DNA of 54,258 bases, taken from IMG/VR virus record IMGVR_UViG_3300027963_000096, positions 1-54,258 of that record. One strand, 5' to 3'. The notes beneath the pieces were generated by a model that was not told the DNA's origin, did no database searches, and saw only the letters and a list, made by a program, of their open reading frames with translations. The position numbers and the translations under genes were made by a program. The stretch is from a virus. Its lineage: Duplodnaviria > Caudoviricetes. Of this stretch, positions 34,811 through 44,639 are shown in pieces; position 1 is the stretch's first letter; the number at the start of each line of letters is the position of its first letter.

Positions 34811-36021
34811 TAGAACGTGCCCCCGCTGATGCCGTTGGTCACAGTAAGCCCGGTTGAACTGAAATACCCCGCCAAAAGATTGGCAACCACAAACCCTAAC
34901 TGGCCCGTAGACGCCAAGTAAATACCGGTATTGGCGTCCCCCGTAAACTTAATCGAGGGAACTGACAAAGAACCATTTCCTACCGTCAAAGCGGTGATGG
35001 TGCTGGATGATCCAGAGGCGGCGTTATACACCCCGGTGCCCGTGCAGGTAACCACCAAGGACGTGCCTGCGGGTATCGTCACCGTTGGCCCAGAAGTCGT
35101 CTGCACCGTGATGCTGCCCGACGCGTTGTTGGTGATGGTGTAAAGCTGGACGGTAGGAGGAACTGTCAACGTAAATGTGGTTGATACCGTGCCGGTATAC
35201 ACCTGCAGGGTGTTTGCGGCTTGCGTGGAACTGAGCGTTAGCGCGGTAGTGGCCGGTGCAATGTTGTAGGTAAACAACGTGTAGGCAAAGGTGTTGGACC
35301 GACCAATGCCAAAGCTGTTCCAGTTGGCGCCGTTGGACACAAGGCTTATGGATTCTGTGAGCTGGAGCTGCTGGCTGGCATTCCCGTCAATGGTTTCAGA
35401 CCCCGACGGAGTGATCGTAAGCACACCCGTGCCGTTGTTTTTAAGGGTTATGAACCAGCCGGTTCCCACCGTGACTGCGGAGGGTAATGTCAGCGTGCCC
35501 GCGCCACCCGTCCACACGCTCAGGTCGGCGCTGTTCGCGGATGTCAAGGTGTAGTTTGAGCTGTACGCGATGACGGGGTACACCTGATTGAGCGTCAATC
35601 CCGAGGCCAAGAGGCCGTATCCTGCCAGCGCGGAGGCATTGGCGGACGAAGTGCCCGCGCCAAGCACCACCGAGGCCCATACGCCATTGGTAGTGGTGTT
35701 GTCCGTCAGGAAGATGTATTGCGAGATGCCCGACGCTATGGCGATGATGGTGCCACCGGAGTTGTTGGTGACTGTGAAGGTGTTGGACCCGACGTTGCGG
35801 ATCAGCGTGGACTGCCCGGTCGATACCTGTTGCGCAGGGGGCATCTTGAGCAGCAGCCCGGTCGTGGTAGCGGTCACGTCGATGATGCTGCTCACCGGCG
35901 TGTTGGTGTTGCCGTTTACCGGCCACTGCAGCTCGGTGGTAACGCTGATCGACAGCGACTCATAGCTGACCGATGACGGGTTAATGGTCTGGCCAGAAAA
36001 CGGGTTGGTGTAAGCGGTCAT
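34810..36021 (-). CDS. Tail fibre/tail structural protein (403 aa)
   Basis: Thr/Ser/Gly beta-rich; TLTLPSA..VG.GW...KNNG.G...P.GSETIDG; C-terminal GS...PSI.F.GD.NTGIY. Confidence 0.65.
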   Translation of the reverse strand: MTAYTNPFSGQTINPSSVSYESLSISVTTELQWPVNGNTNTPVSSIIDVTATTTGLLLKMPPAQQVSTGQSTLIRNVGSNTFTVTNNSGGTIIAIASGISQYIFLTDNTTTNGVWASVVLGAGTSSANASALAGYGLLASGLTLNQVYPVIAYSSNYTLTSANSADLSVWTGGAGTLTLPSAVTVGTGWFITLKNNGTGVLTITPSGSETIDGNASQQLQLTESISLVSNGANWNSFGIGRSNTFAYTLFTYNIAPATTALTLSSTQAANTLQVYTGTVSTTFTLTVPPTVQLYTITNNASGSITVQTTSGPTVTIPAGTSLVVTCTGTGVYNAASGSSSTITALTVGNGSLSVPSIKFTGDANTGIYLASTGQLGFVVANLLAGYFSSTGLTVTNGISGGTF

Positions 36022-36023
36022 GA

Positions 36024-36665
36024 TTAGGAGTCCTGTGCGATGGCTTGGCGGTCGCCAATACGGAGCTGGTCCTCGGCCTTCAACGCGGCCATGGCGGCGT
36101 CAAACAGGCCGCTCCAGACCTGTAGGCGGGCGTCGTCCTTCAAGAACGGCGCGGTCTGCTTCAGCGTGCCGTACAGCATGGCGTTGGGCGCGTTCTGGGT
36201 AAGCCAGTTGGTCTGGTTGTCGGATGCCAGCGGCTGCAACCGGGTGTAGCAGAGCGTCTCGAACGCAAAGTTGCTGCTGGGCGTGGGCGCCACGAACCAG
36301 TGGTCGGCGTCGTAGTCGGCGTAGTAGAGCGGCGTGCCGGTGGCGGTGACGTCGGGGGCGTAGTTGTTCAGGTACTCCAGCTTGCGTAGGAGGATGGGCT
36401 GCTTCTGGCCAGCCGTGGTGGTCAGGGTCATTGACACTGTCTTGCGCCAGCGCGCGGGCTTGGCTATCACCGGGTTATTGATGTTCATGTTGCCGTCGGC
36501 CACGAGCATCTGCCCAAGGGTCTTGATGTTCTCCGCGATCTCAAACTCGGCCAGCATGATGGCCATGGGAATGAAATTAACCACCGCAGCGTCAGTACGC
36601 TCCAGATACTGGAGTACCGTGGAGGTAAGGTTGTCGTAAGTAAGGACGGCGGCGGGTGTAGTCAT
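36024..36665 (-). CDS. Head-tail adaptor / tail tubular protein A-like
   Basis: TY..L...V..YLER.D...IP..I.LAE; G.P.YYA; APTP; TNWL..NAP...LYG.L...PFLKDD.R...W. Confidence 0.75.
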   Translation of the reverse strand: MTTPAAVLTYDNLTSTVLQYLERTDAAVVNFIPMAIMLAEFEIAENIKTLGQMLVADGNMNINNPVIAKPARWRKTVSMTLTTTAGQKQPILLRKLEYLNNYAPDVTATGTPLYYADYDADHWFVAPTPSSNFAFETLCYTRLQPLASDNQTNWLTQNAPNAMLYGTLKQTAPFLKDDARLQVWSGLFDAAMAALKAEDQLRIGDRQAIAQDS

Positions 36666-36883
36666 TTGTCAGCCTTGGCGTCAAGTTTGTCAAAAATCTG
36701 TTTGCAGATTGCCTTGATCTCGTCGATGTCGCGGTGGTAGTCTTGCTTGGTGACATAGTCCCGCTGTAGACCTCGGACATCGGTATCAAGGCGCTCCACC
36801 GCGCGGGTGATGCTGTTGATGACCCACCCGCCAAAGAAGCCTATGAGGCCCAAACCGATATTAAATAACATCTGCGCGTCCAT
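36662..36883 (-). CDS. Small single-TM coiled-coil protein in the lysis cassette
   Basis: N-terminal TM helix, then YVTKQDY..DI.EIK...IFDKLD.KADK. Confidence 0.7.
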   Translation of the reverse strand: MDAQMLFNIGLGLIGFFGGWVINSITRAVERLDTDVRGLQRDYVTKQDYHRDIDEIKAICKQIFDKLDAKADK

Positions 36884-36892
36884 GGTGTCCCT

Positions 36893-37336
36893 TTAAACGA
36901 ACGGGCGGGTGCCGGTTTTGTCAATTATAAGAGCCTGACGCCGAGGCGGGTGGTTGGAATGGTTGGGGACGCTGATGTGCGTCCACCGGTCAAATTCCCT
37001 GATTATCTGGTCGTAGGGTAAACCCGCAGCAATGATGGCCCGCACCACCTGATCGGGGGTCATAGCGGGTACACGAATATCAGCAGCGCAGCCGAGGCGG
37101 TGCTGAGACCGGTCAGAGCTGCCCACAGCATCATTGACGGGTTTAGACCTGAACGCGGAGTTGACCATGATGGGCTTTCCTCCAAGTACCGTTTTGACGT
37201 CTTCAAGAAACGCTGCGAGGCGTTTAAGGTTTGCAATTTCTGATTCATTGGGGGTGTTATCTAGTGTCCGGTGGTCGGTTGCGGTAAGTTCCGCAAGGGA
37301 AAAATGTTCAGTTAGTTGTGTCACTATTGCTTCCAA
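36893..37336 (-). CDS. Endolysin, peptidase M15A family (start may be GTG 37324)
   Basis: HFSLAELT; SAFRS..VN.AVG....SQH..G.AADI; W.HIS zinc ligands. Confidence 0.9.
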   Translation of the reverse strand: MEAIVTQLTEHFSLAELTATDHRTLDNTPNESEIANLKRLAAFLEDVKTVLGGKPIMVNSAFRSKPVNDAVGSSDRSQHRLGCAADIRVPAMTPDQVVRAIIAAGLPYDQIIREFDRWTHISVPNHSNHPPRRQALIIDKTGTRPFV

Positions 37337-37535
37337 TCTTGATGCCAGTGATTAGCCCAATAAAGCCGCCAATGATTGTCTGGAAGGCTGGGCCTACGAT
37401 TTCAAACAGCTTGTTGTTGTCAACCTTCTCGTCAAAAAACCCAAGAACAAAAACCGACACCATCGCCATAACCGTAGCCGCCAAGGTAACAGATGCGATG
37501 AGGGTCACCCAGCTTGATAGCCGTTCTTTGTTCAT
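37308..37535 (-). CDS. Two-TM membrane protein (holin/antiholin-like)
   Basis: Two hydrophobic helices; located between holin and endolysin. Confidence 0.6.
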   Translation of the reverse strand: MNKERLSSWVTLIASVTLAATVMAMVSVFVLGFFDEKVDNNKLFEIVGPAFQTIIGGFIGLITGIKIGSNSDTTN

Positions 37536-37939
37536 TTCTTGCTCCGCATATCAGCCAGTTTTTCAACGGTGCGGCCACCAAAATACGCCAAGAAGATTAT
37601 CTGGCCCCACTGGCCGAGAAGCTGGACGTAGGTTTCTTGGGCGTTATACCCAAAAGCCGACATCATCGTGAACGTAAAGAAACCCACGAAGATAGCTATA
37701 AGGGCCATTGGGCGGATGTTTTTGGATAGCCAAGAGTCTGACCCCATGTCAGCCTGCCAGCGACCAGTAATGTTTTCCTGTTCCACCTCGAACAGCTTGG
37801 TGTCGTTCGCCATCTTGGCGAGTTCACCGTTCTGGGCAAGCGTAGCCAGCTCAAGCTGCGCTTTGGCTTTGGCTTCCGGGTCAGGAATTAGTTTGTCGAT
37901 CAGCTTGTTGCCGATGCCAAGGATTGAGTCAAGTAGCAT
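37532..37939 (-). CDS. Holin of 3-TM (GTA-release type) family
   Basis: KLIDKLIPDP..KAKAQLEL...RW.ADM.SDSWLSKNIRP...AYFGGRT.EK. Confidence 0.85.
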   Translation of the reverse strand: MLLDSILGIGNKLIDKLIPDPEAKAKAQLELATLAQNGELAKMANDTKLFEVEQENITGRWQADMGSDSWLSKNIRPMALIAIFVGFFTFTMMSAFGYNAQETYVQLLGQWGQIIFLAYFGGRTVEKLADMRSKK

Positions 37940-38422
37940 TTAGTGTCTCCCCATAAAATCAACGTACTGCATGGTGCCCCATGCGACAAGTGTCACCAGA
38001 CCAGCGCCAGCAATGGCTAGCAGCACAATCGTGATGGCTTCCTCAATCTCTTGCTTGCGCTTTGCCTTGGCCTTCTCCGCCGCAATTTCTTCGCTCTTGC
38101 GTTTGGCTACGATGTTGTTGCGCTCTACCATTATTGCTTGCCAGACATCAGCTTGGCCCGACCAGATCAGGTGCTGCTTGAGCTCATTCTCGGCGTCTTG
38201 CAGCATCTTGGCGTGCATGACCGACTCAAACGCCTGCGCCGTGTCAGACTTCCCGAACGTCTTCTTGGGCTGGGACGCCGCCTTGGCCACGACGTCTTTA
38301 TGCTCAAAAAACGCCATCAGATCGCCGCTCATGCTCTGGATGTCCTTGCCCATCTTGATCGCGGCTTGGATACCCTTTATGGCGGCTTGCGCCGCCGCAA
38401 AAGCGGTGAAGGGATCGATCAT
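37940..38422 (-). CDS. Membrane-anchored protein (160 aa, MIDPFTAFAAAQAA...)
   Basis: Start at ATG 38422 right after the upstream stop; C-terminal TM helix. Confidence 0.7.
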   Translation of the reverse strand: MIDPFTAFAAAQAAIKGIQAAIKMGKDIQSMSGDLMAFFEHKDVVAKAASQPKKTFGKSDTAQAFESVMHAKMLQDAENELKQHLIWSGQADVWQAIMVERNNIVAKRKSEEIAAEKAKAKRKQEIEEAITIVLLAIAGAGLVTLVAWGTMQYVDFMGRH

Positions 38423-38423
38423 T

Positions 38424-38744
38424 TTACGTGGACCAAGGGAAGGCTTTGGGTGCGGGGGCAACCGGCGGGGTCACTATGCTGTCGATCTGGCCCTGCACGC
38501 ACGCCTGCATGTTTAACACGGTCTGCGGGTCAACCCAGCCAATTACTTGGTCTGGGGTCAGTTGATCGTAAGGAGTGAACGGTGCACCCTGCTGAATAAT
38601 AAACTGCTTGCTAAACGAGATGCTGGCGGTGTTTTCACCCTCTACGCCAGTGACAAGGTACGTCACCTTTACGACAGCATCAGTTTTATCATTAACTTGC
38701 GGCAGCGTAAGTATCTCAGCGATGGTAATAGTAAAAGTGGTCAT
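38424..38744 (-). CDS. Small fibre-associated protein (FTPYDQLT.DQVIGWV motif)
   Basis: AGGAG RBS; follows the fibre gene; motif is common after phage fibre genes. Confidence 0.7.
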   Translation of the reverse strand: MTTFTITIAEILTLPQVNDKTDAVVKVTYLVTGVEGENTASISFSKQFIIQQGAPFTPYDQLTPDQVIGWVDPQTVLNMQACVQGQIDSIVTPPVAPAPKAFPWST

Positions 38745-38752
38745 AATAACTC

Positions 38753-41107
38753 CTAAGCAATACGGTACAAAATATACCCGCTAGATAAAGTTCTGCGAAT
38801 GCGGAAACGTGCAGAAACCCCAGTAGCAATTGTCATGGCGCCAAGTGTTGTTACCCCAGTATTGCCTGCCATTGTGATAGTGCCAGATGCGGTGTTAATT
38901 ACATAAAAGTCATAACCCGTATTATAGGAACCTACCCACACAGAAACTAAAGAGTTAAGGGTAGTTTGCGTTGGCATTGTTACCGTGTATGTCGTACCAG
39001 TAGTATTAATTATTTGCGCTTGAATATCAGCGTTGGTCAATGTGGCAACGGCACTTATTGTTGTTGGGTCGGGGGCGTAGACTACTACCGGCCCTCTAGG
39101 AAAAGTAGTAACCCCTGCGGAGTCAATAGCACCTTGTACAGCACCCGTGCCATTACTAAGTACGATCCAACCAGTACCAGTGCTACCAATAGGTGTTGTT
39201 GCGCCTTCATAGCTACCAAGAATTACGTTATTGGCGCCGTTTGTCATCCCGTACCCAGAACGGTAACCGACGTAGGTATTGTTGCCCCCGTAAGAACCGT
39301 AACCCGCTGAAGTCCCAAGGGCAGTGTTGTAATCTCCAGCGCTACTAGTACCAAGCGCGCCATTTCCAAGCGCAACGGCTCCGGTTACAGCAGCAGCAGA
39401 ATACAGCGCTGCTGCCCCTATTGCGGTGTTATAATTTCCGGTAATATTACCGTTAGCAGCGTTAATACCTACTGCGGTATTATTGTCTCCTATAGTGTTA
39501 GATGCTAAAACGGATACACCTACTGCGGTATTATTTGCTGCGGCTCCACTGCCTAATCCAACAGTCAGTCCTTGAACAACTGCGCCTCCTGTCAAAGTGG
39601 ATACGCCTGATGCCCTTAGCGTTCCCGTAATGTCCACTTTAGCATTGGGCGAAGTATTACCAAAACCCGTATTGCCGCTAGAATTAATAACTTGGCGCAC
39701 GGTACCCGCGCCGTCACTCAAGACAATCCAGTTGCTGCCTGTTTGGGAGATAGGGGCAGCAAGGCCGGTGTAGGAGCCAAGGATTACGTTGTTGCTGCCC
39801 GTGGTAACGCTATACCCGGCGTTATACCCAAAGAAAGAGTTTTGAGCCCCACTAGATGTTGCAAGCCCCGAACCCTGCCCAACAAAAGTGTTGGAACTGC
39901 CGGTTGTTAAATTTCCAGAAAAGTCCCCTACAAATGTATTATTTGTGCCAGTTCCATTGGTTAGCCCACAATATGCTCCAACAAAAGTGTTGGAACTGCC
40001 GGTAGTATAAAACCCTGCTCTGATTCCAACTGCCGTTATTTCTATGCCCGATGAATTATAAAAAGCAGCCTGATACCCCACAATAGTATTTTCGCCACCA
40101 GTTCCATTGGTATATGCCGCTTGAACCCCCACAACGGTATTCGTAGCAACAGCACCCGGACCAAGGCCAACAGTCAGTCCTTGAACGCTATTAGCGCCGG
40201 TCAGTATCGCCGCATCAATTGTGGGGCTTGAGGCTTTGACAACCGAGCCTGTGCCGGTAACATTACTCCATGTTGGCGCTGCGGCACCCGCACTGATTAA
40301 AACTTGGCCAGACGTGCCCACAGCAGAATAGCCAAGTGCTGTACCCGTACCGTAAGTTATTCCTCCGTTAGTAGGAGTTGTCGTCGTGTTGGTGCCGCCG
40401 TTGGCGATGGGCAGCGTGCCATTGACGTGCGTTGTCAGTCCAATCTTGCCGTAGCTAGGGGCTGTGTTTGTGCCGCCGGAAATAAGCGCGTTGCCTGTGG
40501 CTATATCAGCCAACTTTGCCAAAGAGGTAGTGGTGTCGGCGTACAGCAGGTCGCCCACTGCGTAGCTGGTCTGGCCCGTGCCGCCTGCTCCAGCGGAAAC
40601 AGACCCCCATGTTGGGGCAGCAGCAGCAGCGCTTAAAAGCACCTGCCCAGACGTGCCCGCAGCCGTTGTGGCATACGCAGAACCGGTGCCGTAAGCAGCT
40701 CCCCCTGCTGTTGGCGTGGAGGTTGAATTTGTTCCTCCATTAGCAGTTGGCAGCGTGCCATTGACGTGCGTTGTCAGTCCAATCTTGCCGTAGCTAGGGG
40801 CTGTGTTTGTGCCGCCGGAAATAAGCGCGTTGCCTGTGGCTATATCAGCCAACTTGGACAAGGCCGTGGTGGTGGAGGCGTACAGCAGGTCGCCCACGGC
40901 GTAGCTGGTCTGGCCCGTGCCGCCTGCGGTGGCCGGGGTAGTCTTCCAGCCGATGACCTGCACCACGCTGCTGGAGTCCTTGTAGAACAGCTTGCCGTCG
41001 TTTGTGTTGATGGCCAGCTCCCCGGGAGATAAATCCCCCGGCGCGGGCACATTTCCCATAGTGGCGCTGTAATACAGCTTGATGGGGGTGAAACCTGATG
41101 CAGCCAT
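38753..41107 (-). CDS. Tail fibre/spike with Mtd-N-like anchor, GGTG repeats and beta-helix
   Basis: P...L..GELAINT.DGKLFYKD anchor; GGTGQTSYAVGDLLYA x2; NT(A/F)VG..A beta-helix repeats. Confidence 0.8.
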   Translation of the reverse strand: MAASGFTPIKLYYSATMGNVPAPGDLSPGELAINTNDGKLFYKDSSSVVQVIGWKTTPATAGGTGQTSYAVGDLLYASTTTALSKLADIATGNALISGGTNTAPSYGKIGLTTHVNGTLPTANGGTNSTSTPTAGGAAYGTGSAYATTAAGTSGQVLLSAAAAAPTWGSVSAGAGGTGQTSYAVGDLLYADTTTSLAKLADIATGNALISGGTNTAPSYGKIGLTTHVNGTLPIANGGTNTTTTPTNGGITYGTGTALGYSAVGTSGQVLISAGAAAPTWSNVTGTGSVVKASSPTIDAAILTGANSVQGLTVGLGPGAVATNTVVGVQAAYTNGTGGENTIVGYQAAFYNSSGIEITAVGIRAGFYTTGSSNTFVGAYCGLTNGTGTNNTFVGDFSGNLTTGSSNTFVGQGSGLATSSGAQNSFFGYNAGYSVTTGSNNVILGSYTGLAAPISQTGSNWIVLSDGAGTVRQVINSSGNTGFGNTSPNAKVDITGTLRASGVSTLTGGAVVQGLTVGLGSGAAANNTAVGVSVLASNTIGDNNTAVGINAANGNITGNYNTAIGAAALYSAAAVTGAVALGNGALGTSSAGDYNTALGTSAGYGSYGGNNTYVGYRSGYGMTNGANNVILGSYEGATTPIGSTGTGWIVLSNGTGAVQGAIDSAGVTTFPRGPVVVYAPDPTTISAVATLTNADIQAQIINTTGTTYTVTMPTQTTLNSLVSVWVGSYNTGYDFYVINTASGTITMAGNTGVTTLGAMTIATGVSARFRIRRTLSSGYILYRIA
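40410..40855. repeat. Exact 107-bp direct repeat (40410-40516 and 40749-40855) within the fibre gene
   Basis: Base-by-base identical from GGCAGCGTGCC to CCAACTT; offset 339 bp (in frame). Confidence 0.9.
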
Positions 41108-41116
41108 GGTCTGTCC

Positions 41117-43429
41117 TTAAAAGAATGCAAAAAAGCCAGAGGTGGGTAGCGTGGTAAACAGCCAGCCCGTATTATTACCGCCGTTTGTGTTGGTTGTTGA
41201 CGTGGCGTTCCACACCGCCCCGCCCGTGGCGTTGCTGTCGGTGATGTGCAAGTACGTCACTGTGTCCGTCCCGCTTGCGTCGCTGATGGTGGCCTGTGAA
41301 CCGGGCGTCGTGGCTTGCAGGTACTTCACGGTCGTGCCGGAGGTGGCAAACGACCCCACGGTGCTGGTTGTACCAGACTTGAGCCGCAAGGTGCCATTGC
41401 TCATTGTTAACACGCCGGTAATAGACAAAGCATCTTGCATGGCCCATATGCCACCAACGCCAACAAAACCAACATTCAAAGGGAAAGTTAATGCATTTGA
41501 AAAAATAGTTTTTGTTCCTGATGTACTTGCAAATTGTGGGCTTGCTGCGCCCGTCATTGAAGTAGCATTACCAGCGTTAAAATTTCCATAAACAGCAATA
41601 GCGTTGTTATAATTTATAGCCCCAGTAAACCCTGTAAAGTTTAGGTTATTATACGCACCGGTTGTGGTTGCCAATCCAATAATGTCTGAACCTGCGGTAA
41701 CATTAACGCTAATTGCGTTGATTTCACCAGCCGCACCCATAGTAATGGTTCTTGTTCCTGCACCGCCAACGATTGCTTCAATTAATGGGTTTGCTCCAGT
41801 AACAGTCAAGCCTGTTGCAGTTGATGTTGTAAAAATACTGCCAGAAGTAGCATTCAATACAATCTTGCCTGTTCCAAAAGCCAATGTGCGCGTGTTGCTG
41901 TTGCTTGAGGAAAACAGCCCCGTAGTCAGCGTAAAGTTGTTCAGGTTCAGCGTACCAGCGGTAAGGGTGGTTGTTATTGTTGCCGTTGATAATGCAGTAA
42001 ATCCGTTTGTTAGGACATAAGTAGTAGCCGTTGACCCCGCAACACCAAACACAACGCCGTTGGCTATTGTTGCTGTGCCAAATTGAGTAGACCGAAAATT
42101 AAGATTTTGCGTGCCAGATGCAGCACCAAAAGTAATAATTGCCGTACTTGCTAAAAAAGTGTATGCCGTAACCCCACCAACATCAAAATTACCATACACA
42201 AAAATGTTGTTAGATATTTGTAATGTGCCAGTAAAAGTGCTGGAGAATGTTACATCTTTATATGATCCGTTAGTTGTAGCCAACCTAAAAATGTCTACTG
42301 CGCTTGTTCCCGAATTTATGTTAACGCTAATGGCTTGAGATTCACCGTGAGCGCCAGCAGTAAAGTTTCTGGTTTGAACAGATGTGCCAGTAGTTCCCGT
42401 ACAGTTGACCACAGGCGTGCCCGAGAGTGTCATTCCCGTTACAGTACCTGTATTAAAAATTGTAGCGTTAACGCCTGTCAACGTAATGTTGCCCGTCGTA
42501 CCAAAAGCCAATGTACGAGTATTGCTGTTGCTTGAGCTAAACAAACCCGTGGACAACGTAAGGTTGTTCAGGTTTAACGCGCCGTTGGTTAGCGTGGTTG
42601 TACGGGTTGCGCCAACCGTCATGTTGTCTTGAAGTTGCCAAGAACCGCCTACGCCGTCAAACGTGACGGGGCAATCTATTGTTTCATTTGCGGTGGTAAT
42701 AGTCCGGCTTCCAGTACCGTTAAAGGTAAGTGTAGATGCCCCGGAAGAAAAGCTAGTAATGGCAGAGTCTAAAGTCAAATTACCAAAAATACTTCTAGTA
42801 ACATTTCCAAAAGTTCCTGTAAAGCCACTGGTAAACGTAAGATTATTAAATGTATTACCAGCCGCGCTATTTATCGTGTCGCTTCCATTGCTAATGGTAA
42901 ATGAAATTGGTGCGCTAACGGCAAGTGAATTTCCGGGGTTAACGGTTCTTGTAGTTGTGCCGTTACCCGTTACATTAACTTGAGCCGTTCCAGTAATTGT
43001 TAGCCCAGTGTTGGTAGATGTTGGGCCAGAAAACACAGTTCCAGATACAGCATTAACGGTAATATTTCCTGATCCAAACGCTATTGTTCGTGCGTTTGTA
43101 TTGTTTGAGGAAAACAAACCTGTAGTCAGCGTAAAAGTGTTAAGCGTTATAGTTCCCGCAGTAAGCGTACAAGTACCTGCTGCTGTGCATAACGTGGGAT
43201 TTCCAGATAGTGATAAATTAATGTCTGCCTTGTTAATTGTGGTGCTCAAAGATACCGCAGTAGACGTAACCGTAACTGTAGCCGCCGTGCCTGAGTTGGC
43301 ATCAAAGTTAACTGTGTCAGCAGCGGTAGGGTTTAAAACAGTAGCAACCCCGCCTGAAGTTATAGCAAACTGCGTGTTTCCTGTTCCACTCCAAGTTCCA
43401 GTTCCACCAACCCAATAATAAGTTGCCAT
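41117..43429 (-). CDS. Beta-helical adhesin-like virion protein (770 aa)
   Basis: YYWVGGTGTW start; LT.G.L.LNN.TL.TGLFSS.N.N.RT.AFG x3; ends GGNNTGW.F...FFAFF; lower GC. Confidence 0.7.
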   Translation of the reverse strand: MATYYWVGGTGTWSGTGNTQFAITSGGVATVLNPTAADTVNFDANSGTAATVTVTSTAVSLSTTINKADINLSLSGNPTLCTAAGTCTLTAGTITLNTFTLTTGLFSSNNTNARTIAFGSGNITVNAVSGTVFSGPTSTNTGLTITGTAQVNVTGNGTTTRTVNPGNSLAVSAPISFTISNGSDTINSAAGNTFNNLTFTSGFTGTFGNVTRSIFGNLTLDSAITSFSSGASTLTFNGTGSRTITTANETIDCPVTFDGVGGSWQLQDNMTVGATRTTTLTNGALNLNNLTLSTGLFSSSNSNTRTLAFGTTGNITLTGVNATIFNTGTVTGMTLSGTPVVNCTGTTGTSVQTRNFTAGAHGESQAISVNINSGTSAVDIFRLATTNGSYKDVTFSSTFTGTLQISNNIFVYGNFDVGGVTAYTFLASTAIITFGAASGTQNLNFRSTQFGTATIANGVVFGVAGSTATTYVLTNGFTALSTATITTTLTAGTLNLNNFTLTTGLFSSSNSNTRTLAFGTGKIVLNATSGSIFTTSTATGLTVTGANPLIEAIVGGAGTRTITMGAAGEINAISVNVTAGSDIIGLATTTGAYNNLNFTGFTGAINYNNAIAVYGNFNAGNATSMTGAASPQFASTSGTKTIFSNALTFPLNVGFVGVGGIWAMQDALSITGVLTMSNGTLRLKSGTTSTVGSFATSGTTVKYLQATTPGSQATISDASGTDTVTYLHITDSNATGGAVWNATSTTNTNGGNNTGWLFTTLPTSGFFAFF

Positions 43430-43431
43430 GG

Positions 43432-44292
43432 CTAGAACCCAAATACTTTAGCCAGCAACTGCCACTTGGCTGCCGTTGAGTTGTAGATGAACCCGACGTA
43501 GTCGTACTTGGAAGTCCCGGTGGTTGCTGTTGGCAATATGAGGTCCGTAGACCCGGCGAATATGGCGTTCCAAGAGAATGTCTGGGCGTTGGTGCATTGC
43601 AGGCGCAGGATGAATTTTTGGCCGTTTATGGGTGTCCCCGTGGGTGCGTTTACGGTTAACGTGCCAGCGGCTTGGGTGTTGGTTTGCACCGCCAAGTCCG
43701 TGGCGTCCACGTTTACGGTGACCGAGGTCCCGTCAGCAAGCACCGTGGTGCGCACAGGGACGGTTACGGCGGTGGTAGCGGTGGCGGCATTGCCGCCTAT
43801 GGATAACGCTGCTGCGGTGCCTGTAAGGCCTGTTCCCGCCCCGCTGAACGACCCCGCAGTTGCAATCCCAGAGAAAATTGGATTGGTGGCAACGGAAATC
43901 GTTGGGTTGCCTGAAATTCCGTCTGCATTGGTTATGGAAAGGTTTGCGGTATTTACATCAATTTGCCTGTTTGTTATCGCTGTTGCGGAAGTCTTAACTT
44001 GGAACCCCGTGCTGGAGTTCACCAACGACAAAAGGGCACCCGTAGTCGTGACATTAAATACGCCCTGCGCACCGCCATCGGTGATGGTCAGGCCATTGGT
44101 TGCGCCAAAATATCGGCTGTTGGCCAACTGAGGTGTTTGGACAACGGTTAGGTAGGTGTAAGGCTGCGACGGGGAGGCTGAAATCGCCGCCGTTGTAGTC
44201 TGCACCGTGACGCCATTTTGGACAATAGGGACCGACTCGGTGCCTGTAATAGCACCAGCCGATGGGAGTTGGGTAATTGTTACGTTTGCCAT
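43432..44292 (-). CDS. Tail fibre-like structural protein (286 aa)
   Basis: ITQLP.A..ITG.E..PIVQNG.T anchor; C-terminal APTGTP.NGQ...W...F...LP..T...YD..GFIYN...KW. Confidence 0.7.
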   Translation of the reverse strand: MANVTITQLPSAGAITGTESVPIVQNGVTVQTTTAAISASPSQPYTYLTVVQTPQLANSRYFGATNGLTITDGGAQGVFNVTTTGALLSLVNSSTGFQVKTSATAITNRQIDVNTANLSITNADGISGNPTISVATNPIFSGIATAGSFSGAGTGLTGTAAALSIGGNAATATTAVTVPVRTTVLADGTSVTVNVDATDLAVQTNTQAAGTLTVNAPTGTPINGQKFILRLQCTNAQTFSWNAIFAGSTDLILPTATTGTSKYDYVGFIYNSTAAKWQLLAKVFGF

Positions 44293-44639
44293 TATTGCCC
44301 CGGTGATGGACTGAGGGTGTCGAGGTTGCCGTTGTTCGTGGGAATCTGCGTGTTCTGCTCAGGCGACAAGACGTAGTCGTTGGTGCCGCCCGTCGTGATG
44401 CCATCCGGCACCACGTCAATATTGACATCGGGCCTCGGAAAACGCAAGTTTATCCGCTCTGTCTGGCGCGCGGCGAGCCGGTACGGGTCAAGCTGATCCG
44501 CGCAGCCTTGGTCGCACACGCGCAGGCCCGGGAAGTTAGGGTCCGAGCCCATCGAGGAAAACGCGCGCTTCATCTTGCACCGGTCACAGACGCCGATGGC
44601 TAGGGAAGCATTGCCTTCGGTGTCAAGGAAACGGGGCAT
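44292..44639 (-). CDS. Neck-region protein with CDRC...C...C motif
   Basis: AIGVCDRC...GLRVC..C.D..DP...LRFPRPD; TAATG coupling. Confidence 0.7.
   Translation of the reverse strand: MPRFLDTEGNASLAIGVCDRCKMKRAFSSMGSDPNFPGLRVCDQGCADQLDPYRLAARQTERINLRFPRPDVNIDVVPDGITTGGTNDYVLSPEQNTQIPTNNGNLDTLSPSPGQ

Noticed and set aside
40410-40855. Possible DGR template/variable repeat pair in an Mtd-like fibre
   Set aside because: The copies are identical and in frame inside one gene, with no adenine-specific mismatches, and no reverse transcriptase is present.
32069-43429. GG dipeptides in tail and fibre proteins (ATSGG, ANGGT, TAGG) as members of the GG-tag system
   Set aside because: They are internal turns of beta-repeat units in Gly/Thr-rich proteins, lack the [YFM]-[AK]-x-GG context and do not separate domains.
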